Virus record (IMG/VR): IMGVR_UViG_3300044971_004534
Strand: one strand, 5' to 3'
From: a virus
DNA: 64,000 nucleotides
In this document: positions 44,761-51,725 of the stretch, one piece after another
Numbering within the stretch: position 1 is the first letter of the stretch
Layout of the letters: the number at the start of each line of letters is the position of its first letter
Translations under genes and position numbers: made by a program
The notes under the pieces: generated by a model
Database searches by the model: none
What the model was told of the DNA's origin: nothing
The model's input: only the letters and a program-made list of their open reading frames with translations

Positions 44761-45542
44761 CTGAACATTTTCTCCACTATTTGATGTATGCCATCTGGTG
44801 ATTTGAAGTTTAAATTTTGAGCAATTTGTATGTTTTTTATAACAGCATGCTTTCTGCTCTCATATTCTTGCTCAAAATTAAAGCCGTTTTTTATGTGCAT
44901 AAAGTCTTTTAGCCATATTATGCCTGCTGGTTCAAAAATATTATATACTTTTTTTGTACCCCAATATATTGGTATTGTGCCAGTTAAAAAACAGTCTAAA
45001 ATCTTTTCTGTAAAGTATGTATCTATGCAGCTATTCTCCATGGCAACTGAAAATCTATAATCTCTAAGTCCATCTATTTTTGCATTTAACGAGTTTGGTC
45101 TACCGTGACCATAAAGATCTACTGATGAACTAAGCTCATTGGCAATATCTTGTCTGTATTGGTGTCCAGAGCACATCACCTTAGAAGAAGCAATCATACT
45201 TATGTTTTTTGTTTTTTCATATATGCGTTGATCATCTTTTTCTATCCATGCAGGCACGCATGGATGTATTTGTATTAAATGATTTTTAATATTCAATTTA
45301 TCGCAATGTGATATTACTGCATCATATGGTACTTTTCTGTGCTCTACAGCATTGTATATGTCTGGCTCTATTGCTCTTGGCTCAAGTAACCAAAGAGCCT
45401 TTTTTGCTTGCTGGTTAAATTTATTAATTCTATTTACAGATACTATTAAATTGGCATCATCGGGGCTAGAATTTATCCAGTTATGATGTTCTAGGGGCTG
45501 TAGAAAATAGTCCCAATCTATGAATACTTTAACTTTGCTCAT
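44757..45542 (-). CDS. GT10-like glycosyltransferase
   Basis: YRFSVAMENSCIDTYFTEKILDCFLTGTIPIYWG. Paralogue of 30447..31388. Confidence 0.7.
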   Translation of the reverse strand: MSKVKVFIDWDYFLQPLEHHNWINSSPDDANLIVSVNRINKFNQQAKKALWLLEPRAIEPDIYNAVEHRKVPYDAVISHCDKLNIKNHLIQIHPCVPAWIEKDDQRIYEKTKNISMIASSKVMCSGHQYRQDIANELSSSVDLYGHGRPNSLNAKIDGLRDYRFSVAMENSCIDTYFTEKILDCFLTGTIPIYWGTKKVYNIFEPAGIIWLKDFMHIKNGFNFEQEYESRKHAVIKNIQIAQNLNFKSPDGIHQIVEKMFR

Positions 45543-46153
45543 TTTAAGAAATCGTACTTTCTATGTCCACCTTCAATGTCAGACCAGCCTTCTCTCTGCC
45601 ATGCTAAGTGGTGGCAAAATCCATAGCACGGAATTCTTTTTTGTATTTTATGAAGATGTACATCTGCTGGCAAGTTAAATATGTTACTATCAGAAAACTG
45701 CTCCATGAGCGTGTTGACTGCATTTTGATTTATAGCGTAACAATGAGTTGTAAAGGTCTTTCTTAATTTATGTACATGCTCATTTATTTTTTTAGGTGGC
45801 TCATTATGAGAGCCCCCGAAAAACAGCAAGTTCCAATCTTCTGGTACATTTTTGTAGTATTTTGAAAAAAGTTCTTTGAATCTTGGATGAAATTCTATGT
45901 CGTCTTCAAGAACTAAAACTTTTTGCAAACTTCTATCATGAAACATTTTTTCATATATTTTTTTGTGCGACAGACAGCATCCAGCAGCCCCTGGCTTAAG
46001 TCCTTTTGTGTCTGCGACCATAGAACCATCAACAGCTTCTAAAAACTCTACATTCATTCCGTGTTTGCGAAATATTTGCTCACACTCTGATTTTCTATCA
46101 GTCCTGCGTGCTAAATTTATGCAATATATTTTATTAAAATCTGAAATTTCCAT
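45539..46153 (-). CDS. glycosyltransferase family 25
   Basis: YCINLARRTDRK...LEAVDGS and VLEDDIEF. Long collinear identity with 25709..26326. Confidence 0.75.
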   Translation of the reverse strand: MEISDFNKIYCINLARRTDRKSECEQIFRKHGMNVEFLEAVDGSMVADTKGLKPGAAGCCLSHKKIYEKMFHDRSLQKVLVLEDDIEFHPRFKELFSKYYKNVPEDWNLLFFGGSHNEPPKKINEHVHKLRKTFTTHCYAINQNAVNTLMEQFSDSNIFNLPADVHLHKIQKRIPCYGFCHHLAWQREGWSDIEGGHRKYDFLK

Positions 46154-46158
46154 ATCGT

Positions 46159-47082
46159 TTATTGTATTTTATGAGAATTTGCTCCATGAAATTCTAAAAC
46201 TTTTTGTTCTTGGACTTTTAAAAATTCTTCAAACATCTTGACTAACTTTCTTTTGTCATTTAAGTTTAAGTGTATAAAATAGTTTCTAGTTTTTAAGCCT
46301 TTATTCCTAACCGGGAGCGGGGTAGCTTTTTCATTGCTTGGATGCCAAAAGTGAAACATTTCAATAGGTGGATTATTGCAGCCATAAAATTTAGTAAATA
46401 ACTCTATTTTATCAACAAAAAATTGATCTTCAATAGAGTAAGCCCAAAAATAGTATGGATCAAATCCTCCAATATTATTAAACAAATCTCTTTTAATTAC
46501 AAGAGATCCACCTGGAGCACCAGGTTTTCCCTGATGAAATGAATTTGGTTGAGAAATTGCTTGTTCTATAGTCATCTGACCAGAAAATATTTTGTTTGTT
46601 ATATCTTCATTTAAATAGTTAACTCTTCTGCCATTAAATGATTGTGCAACTTCTCTACCCTTCATATTGTGTCTTAATTCTGACCAAAAATTATTGGGAA
46701 TCCAAAGATCAACATCATGAAAATGTACATATTTGGAATCATGAATAAAGCTGCCAATATTCATGCTCAAGCATTTATTAAATAAATCTTTTTCTTTGGG
46801 TATAAAAACATAGTCAACATCATTTTCAGAACACATGTCAAGAGCTTCTTTACTATCTCCGTGTTCTACAACAACTAGTCTATGAGAGTTTTCGCTATTC
46901 TTTACTGAATTCTTCCAGCTTTGCATCACATTATGTAAATGCTTTTGTCTGCCACATTTTGGAATTACAGTCAAAAAATCATAATATGATCTTGGAGCGC
47001 ATTTGTACCTGCATCTTTCAATTCTTTCAAGAACGTTGCTTTTATTTCCAATAAAATTGTCTAATAAAAATTGTATGTTCAT
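46159..47082 (-). CDS. GT2/GT7-like (beta-4-galactosyltransferase-like) glycosyltransferase
   Basis: LVVVEHGDS, FHDVDLWIP and YYFWAYSIEDQFF blocks. Start set at ATG 47082 because the longer TTG form would include a terminator hairpin. Confidence 0.55.
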   Translation of the reverse strand: MNIQFLLDNFIGNKSNVLERIERCRYKCAPRSYYDFLTVIPKCGRQKHLHNVMQSWKNSVKNSENSHRLVVVEHGDSKEALDMCSENDVDYVFIPKEKDLFNKCLSMNIGSFIHDSKYVHFHDVDLWIPNNFWSELRHNMKGREVAQSFNGRRVNYLNEDITNKIFSGQMTIEQAISQPNSFHQGKPGAPGGSLVIKRDLFNNIGGFDPYYFWAYSIEDQFFVDKIELFTKFYGCNNPPIEMFHFWHPSNEKATPLPVRNKGLKTRNYFIHLNLNDKRKLVKMFEEFLKVQEQKVLEFHGANSHKIQ

Positions 47083-47101
47083 ATTTTGTATATCGTCATT
47101 G

Positions 47102-47130
47102 TAAAAATAACCGCTGCCTTGCGGCAACGG
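47102..47130 (-). terminator. intrinsic terminator (8-bp stem, GCAA tetraloop, U-tract)
   Basis: The minus strand reads CCGTTGCC-GCAA-GGCAGCGG followed by TTATTTTT, downstream of the 47209..48021 gene. Confidence 0.6.
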
Positions 47131-47208
47131 ATAAAAAGGGGTAGGGGGCGAAAATTTGACAAGATGTTACGCCCATAGCATCTTGGTTAGTAGAGTCAGC
47201 TGCAGGAA

Positions 47209-48021
47209 TCACGAGTACTTTCTGTCTGGATTCCTCTTCATGATCTCTCTGCCCATACTTACAAGCGCATTTTTACTTCTCATAGCATGCACGATAGCAG
47301 GATCTACAACTGACTCTTTGTGAGTCATATATTCAACAAATTTCCACGGCATACCTTGTGGTATTTTATCTTTTAAGGCCCCGGTCCATTCACTTGCCCA
47401 TATGTCCATGTATTTTTTGTGAAGCCTATTTTCATAATACATACTGAACATATGAGATAGTATCCCTATCGGAACCTCTTCTGGTAAATTAAGGCCCAAT
47501 CTTCCTTGATATTGTCTAAAATTATTGACGACCAATCTGGCTTGTTTGGCAAATTGTTTTTTACATATCCAGAATCCACCATTTGTATTGTACATCGTTT
47601 TTTGCGTAACTCCAAAGTTCTTCCACATATTGGTCATATTGTCATTTTTTACACCCCACCAGTCTCCTCTCATGGTTGATGAATCGTTAAGTGGACTTTC
47701 TAAGAAGCTGTGCCATAAGTCATCACCAATAATGTCTGAAAAATCCAGTCTAGGTTTTCTTACGAAATAATGGTCACTATCTATAAATACAAAAATATCA
47801 TAATCTAGCTCTGCTACCTTAACAAGATAGTCAAACTTCCAGTATTGTGTTTGATCCATGTTTATGTCTTTAATCATTGCTTTTGATTTACATCCATGAA
47901 GTGGTTCATCACAGTAGACCAGTACATCATGCTCTATACCACAGTTTCTCATGCTTTGAACGAGAGACTGAAGCATGTAGCGATATTCTCCCCACGCTAC
48001 TGACCATATTAAAGTTTTCAT
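47209..48021 (-). CDS. GT8-like nucleotide-diphospho-sugar transferase
   Basis: FVFIDSDHYF DxD block. Paralogue of 13270..14163. Confidence 0.5.
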   Translation of the reverse strand: MKTLIWSVAWGEYRYMLQSLVQSMRNCGIEHDVLVYCDEPLHGCKSKAMIKDINMDQTQYWKFDYLVKVAELDYDIFVFIDSDHYFVRKPRLDFSDIIGDDLWHSFLESPLNDSSTMRGDWWGVKNDNMTNMWKNFGVTQKTMYNTNGGFWICKKQFAKQARLVVNNFRQYQGRLGLNLPEEVPIGILSHMFSMYYENRLHKKYMDIWASEWTGALKDKIPQGMPWKFVEYMTHKESVVDPAIVHAMRSKNALVSMGREIMKRNPDRKYS

Positions 48022-49073
48022 GATTTCACCTCTATATTCTGATTCGCAAGTGCAAGCAAATTACTCCATTTGGCAAGAGCCTTTTCTTTGTTGCACCACA
48101 CGTCTTTTGCATACTCACTGGCCTTTTTCCCCATAGCAATTCTTTTGTCGTAGTCGCATATTTCTTTGGCGTAAACTCTTGCTTCCTCTAAATTATTCCA
48201 CAGGAACCCGCATTCTTTGTCAATTATCATATTAGGAAAATTCCATTTATATGGAGCAATTACTGGCGCTCCAGTAAGCTGACTTTCCATAATCGCCCTA
48301 CTTTGATTCTCAATAAATTTAAAATTGCAATTATATAAAAATACATCTAGGTCTGCAAACCATTCTTGAGTAGGCATGGCATTGGATGCATATAGTCTCC
48401 ATTTTGAATTAAAATTATGCCAGTTGTAAATTTCGGACAACTTGTCTGACCATCCAAGAATAGAAAATTCGCATTCTACACCATCACAAACTTGTTCATA
48501 AAAAATGGGGAAGTTGTCTCCAAATTTCATAGGATCATCCCTAGATACTTTGCCAAAGACTGTTTTGTTTCTGCGTTCTCTTTTTGTAAACGGCCACATA
48601 TCTGCTTCAAAATAATTTTCTATAATGAATGTTTTTTGCAACTTGTTTTGTGCTGACACATCTTTGTGCATAACAGATCTGTGAAAGGGAGAAGTGTAAG
48701 CAACAACATCTATTTGATTTTTTTTGATTGCATTTAGTTCTTCTGGAGTATGCCACATCATGTCGTTGGACCATATCATTTTAAGTCCAGATTCTTTGAT
48801 AAAGTTTATTTTCTGAAAGTCTGAGAAAATTCTGAAATTGCAATTAGCATAAGCAAATCCTTGCATCTTTTTTGGCAAATCACTCATCAGACAATACTTT
48901 ATCCCCAACTTGTCTAAAAAATCAGTATTATGCTTTTCTCTCAATCGGAATTCATCATTTGGCACACATGTTATATTGTGTGTATCTTTCAGCAATACAA
49001 GAAGTTCTTTCAGTCTTGTGTCTGCACCACCAAGATCAGATATCCACTGGAATACATATAAATTGTCTTTCAT
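48018..49073 (-). CDS. GT4/GT1-like (GT-B fold) glycosyltransferase
   Basis: The N-terminal ...DLGGADTRLKELL and C-terminal ESQLTGAPVIAP pattern resembles GT4. ATGA overlap with the downstream gene. Confidence 0.55.
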   Translation of the reverse strand: MKDNLYVFQWISDLGGADTRLKELLVLLKDTHNITCVPNDEFRLREKHNTDFLDKLGIKYCLMSDLPKKMQGFAYANCNFRIFSDFQKINFIKESGLKMIWSNDMMWHTPEELNAIKKNQIDVVAYTSPFHRSVMHKDVSAQNKLQKTFIIENYFEADMWPFTKRERRNKTVFGKVSRDDPMKFGDNFPIFYEQVCDGVECEFSILGWSDKLSEIYNWHNFNSKWRLYASNAMPTQEWFADLDVFLYNCNFKFIENQSRAIMESQLTGAPVIAPYKWNFPNMIIDKECGFLWNNLEEARVYAKEICDYDKRIAMGKKASEYAKDVWCNKEKALAKWSNLLALANQNIEVKS

Positions 49074-49126
49074 GTACTATTTATCGGTTTCTAGGTAAAT
49101 GTTTTAATTGGTCGAAGTAATGTTAT

Positions 49127-49789
49127 ATGGAAAATCATATTACATTTACAACAACGGCGATGGCGCGTCCAGAAATATTGGAGCAAACATATAGTAATTT
49201 TCAAGTTTGCTTAGATGTAGATATGAAAGAGTACAATTTAAGAATAAACATTGACCCGTTGCCAAAGGCAAGAAAAGTTGATCAAGTAGTAAATGTCGCA
49301 AAAAAGTTTTTTAAACATGTTGATTTTAATATTTCAGCAAATGCAAATTTCCCTAGTGCAGTTAAGTGGTGCTGGAGCGAATTGAGCACAAAGTATGTAT
49401 TTCATCTTGAGGATGACTGGGAGCTTACTAGGCGCATCTTGTTGTCAGATTTATACAATATGTTAGAAAACGCTCCAGAAATGAATCAAGTTCTACTTCG
49501 ACCATACCACGAAACTCACAAGGTAAGTTTAGTTCCTGGTTTATTAAGAAGTGATGTGGCTATGTTTCTATCTAGACATATGATTCTAAATAAAAATCCT
49601 GAAAAACAAATTCATTCAAATGAACACTGCGGAAAAGACGGAGACCCTGGATTTGATGCGAACAAAGTAATAGTGTATCCAGAAGACGTATGTTTAAGAG
49701 ACATTGGCAGAGTATGGATAAAGTCTCAGCCAGTTATTCGTCCTGGACCTGACTTTATATCTTGGGAAAAGAAAAAAGACATTTACTGA
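49127..49789 (+). CDS. hypothetical protein, possible GT-A-like (HLEDDWEL)
   Basis: 220-aa ORF. Only a weak EDD motif. Confidence 0.4.
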   Translation: MENHITFTTTAMARPEILEQTYSNFQVCLDVDMKEYNLRINIDPLPKARKVDQVVNVAKKFFKHVDFNISANANFPSAVKWCWSELSTKYVFHLEDDWELTRRILLSDLYNMLENAPEMNQVLLRPYHETHKVSLVPGLLRSDVAMFLSRHMILNKNPEKQIHSNEHCGKDGDPGFDANKVIVYPEDVCLRDIGRVWIKSQPVIRPGPDFISWEKKKDIY

Positions 49790-50793
49790 ACAACTTCAGA
49801 TGTTGACACGTTTTCTTTATGTCCAGAAAACTGAATGTTTACCAATTCTGTTCTTTCTCTTATAGCGTCATCTACAAATCTTTGCATGTCATATAGAGTT
49901 GCAAAATCAACTAGATTGCCGTCAAGTATGACCTTAAATACACCCACTGACTGGAGAACGTCACACTTGTTGATGACTAAATCTGTGCATCCAGAAATAC
50001 GGATAGACTCAATGAGCTTGTCAATATTTAACCAATTGACCATTCTTTTTCTGCCAGTAGTAGATCCAAATTCTTCTCCAGCACTGATAATTTTATCAAG
50101 CACCTTATCTTCCCACAAAGACTCAGGGAATAATGGATCTACTCCACTTTTAGTGTCGTATATTTTAGCAACTCCAATAAGTCGTCTAATTTTTTGTGGA
50201 GAAAAGCCAAGAGAGCATGCGCCATAAGGCATGGTTGTGCTGCTTGTAACGAAGGGATAGCAGCCATGATCTATATCGAGCCATACACTTTGAGCGCCTT
50301 CGCATAAAACTTTACCTTCAAGTACTCCATCCCAGATATATTCTTTTGGTAAAAAGTCTTTTACTCTAAGTCCTTTGCGAAGCATTTTGTCTGCGTAGCA
50401 CGGAGCTATTCCCTGACCTGTAGTGCCAAGGCTCTTTTTTAGATTATTTAAATCGAAGGAAATGTGCTCTTCCGTTATGACATGTGCATTTGGAGAAACT
50501 TTAACAAGCGAAGTATTAAAACCGGCTTCATTGAGATAATTAATTTCATCAAAAAATTTCTTTACATTAATTACACATCCAGGGCCTATGATACACTTCT
50601 TGTTCTTGAAAATACCAGAAGGTATCATATGGGTTTTATATTTTTTATCATTGACGTACACCGTATGCCCAGCATTTGGACCACCATTCCATCTGCATAC
50701 GCAATCATATTTGTCCGCAAGTGCATTTGCTATCTTTCCTTTTCCTTCATCTCCCCATGATAGTCCATAAATAACGTCAACAAATTTGATCAT
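49783..50793 (-). CDS. purA: adenylosuccinate synthetase, short (about 336 aa, archaeal-length) form
   Basis: WGDEGKGKI P-loop, NGGPNAGHTV, GTTGQGIAPCYADK, GSTTGRKRMVNW and the NKCD guanine-specificity-like motif. Confidence 0.85.
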   Translation of the reverse strand: MIKFVDVIYGLSWGDEGKGKIANALADKYDCVCRWNGGPNAGHTVYVNDKKYKTHMIPSGIFKNKKCIIGPGCVINVKKFFDEINYLNEAGFNTSLVKVSPNAHVITEEHISFDLNNLKKSLGTTGQGIAPCYADKMLRKGLRVKDFLPKEYIWDGVLEGKVLCEGAQSVWLDIDHGCYPFVTSSTTMPYGACSLGFSPQKIRRLIGVAKIYDTKSGVDPLFPESLWEDKVLDKIISAGEEFGSTTGRKRMVNWLNIDKLIESIRISGCTDLVINKCDVLQSVGVFKVILDGNLVDFATLYDMQRFVDDAIRERTELVNIQFSGHKENVSTSEVVQ

Positions 50794-50897
50794 CTCGAAC
50801 CTTTCTTAAACATTTTGTATATGAACTTAAAAGACATGTGCCCAATTGCAAATGCAACGGCTAAAACGGTGATCATTGTCCATGTGTTATCGCTCAT
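50790..50897 (-). CDS. 35-aa single-pass membrane peptide
   Basis: Encodes MSDNTWTMITVLAVAFAIGHMSFKFIYKMFKKGSR. The ATG lies 4 nt (UUUU) after the tRNA-Asn 3' end, and the stop overlaps the purA ATG (ATGA). Confidence 0.45.
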   Translation of the reverse strand: MSDNTWTMITVLAVAFAIGHMSFKFIYKMFKKGSR

Positions 50898-50901
50898 AAA
50901 A

Positions 50902-50974
50902 CTCTCCGAACTGGGATCGAACCAGTGACATGCGAGTTAACAGCTCGCCGCTCTACCTGCTGAGCTATCGGAGA
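50902..50974 (-). tRNA. tRNA-Asn (anticodon GUU)
   Basis: The reverse complement folds as TCTCCGA/TCGGAGA acceptor, anticodon loop CTGTTAA, T-arm ACTGG-TTCGATC-CCAGT, discriminator G. Closely parallels E. coli tRNA-Asn. Confidence 0.9.
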
Positions 50975-50978
50975 AAAA

Positions 50979-51068
50979 CGGATAGAGAGGGATTCGAACC
51001 CCCGGATGGTTTCTTGAACCATCGGCGGTTTAGTAAACCGCAGCCTTAAACCACTCGGCCATCTATCC
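50979..51068 (-). tRNA. tRNA-Ser, type II, with unusual anticodon ACU (A34)
   Basis: The reverse complement is GGATAGA-TG-GCCG..GGCT-GCGGT-TTACTAA-ACCGC-(21-nt variable arm)-GGGGG-TTCGAAT-CCCTC-TCTATCC-G. It aligns position by position with bacterial tRNA-Ser, and loop positions 34-36 read ACT. Confidence 0.8.
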
Positions 51069-51095
51069 ATGCCATGTATATCGGCTGCAGATCAA

Positions 51096-51623
51096 TCACA
51101 AGCCCGGAGGATTGTATGTTTGTTCGTATTCTTTTTTTGCAATTCTGTAGTATGCGCCTTCGCCCTCTTTTACAAGGTAGTCTCCTGGTTTGAGAATCAT
51201 GTCTTCGCCCCAAGAAGCCTTAAAAGTTACGGGCTCTTTGCCAGTATATTCGGCAACCATGCGTGGATTTTGCTCTGGGACAACATCCTCTCCTATTTTC
51301 CCTTGATACATTTTAGAAAACTTTGCTTGCTTAATTACATACTTTTCAGCACTGGGTCCACTCATCACAATATCGCCATTTTGTGCAGTGTTTTCTGTTT
51401 CCTTGCCGTCTGACGTAACAGTTACCACTTTGAGAGATTCTTGATCATTAACGCCATAGCTCATTGGGGGCATGCCATCAATGGCCCCATTGTTAATCTT
51501 GAAGAAAGAATATCTGCGAGCTTGTTTGCGAGTGGGTAAAAAATCAAGATTTGACGCAACCTCATTGATGCTTATGCCTGTATTTTCTCCGTCTTGCGAT
51601 TGCGATAGTTTGTACCAATTCAT
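51096..51623 (-). CDS. hypothetical protein with PGDY(L/G)-type C-terminal motif (N-terminus MNWYK)
   Basis: 175-aa ORF with AGGAG upstream. LKPGDYLVKEGEGAYYRI resembles the PGDYG-domain family (tentative). Confidence 0.5.
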   Translation of the reverse strand: MNWYKLSQSQDGENTGISINEVASNLDFLPTRKQARRYSFFKINNGAIDGMPPMSYGVNDQESLKVVTVTSDGKETENTAQNGDIVMSGPSAEKYVIKQAKFSKMYQGKIGEDVVPEQNPRMVAEYTGKEPVTFKASWGEDMILKPGDYLVKEGEGAYYRIAKKEYEQTYNPPGL

Positions 51624-51725
51624 GAGTGATCTCCTAAGTAGTAAAAATATTTACAAAATTTTCATTAACTATACCTTGCGACATGTATTACTTAAATATA
51701 TCTCCGAAATATTTTTGGAGGTTTC

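Noticed and set aside
49783-50793. Calling the PurA homologue outright a PurZ (2-aminoadenine pathway).
   Set aside because: It retains the PurA catalytic Asp/His blocks and an NKxD-like GTP-specificity motif. No datZ/mazZ-like genes are present in the window. I keep this only as a hypothesis to test (see findings).
50979-51068. The possibility that the odd tRNA is a stop-codon suppressor (CUA or UAA can be read within the loop UUACUAA).
   Set aside because: Position-by-position alignment with bacterial tRNA-Ser fixes a 5-bp anticodon stem GCGGU/ACCGC and a 7-nt loop, which puts ACU at 34-36. All long ORFs in the window are intact under the standard code, so there is no sign of stop-codon reassignment.
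51069-51413. A 114-aa plus-strand ORF starting right at the tRNA-Ser boundary.
   Set aside because: It is antisense to the 51096..51623 gene, which has an AGGAG site and a PGDY-type motif. Its composition is hydrophobic and low-complexity, typical of an AT-rich antisense frame.
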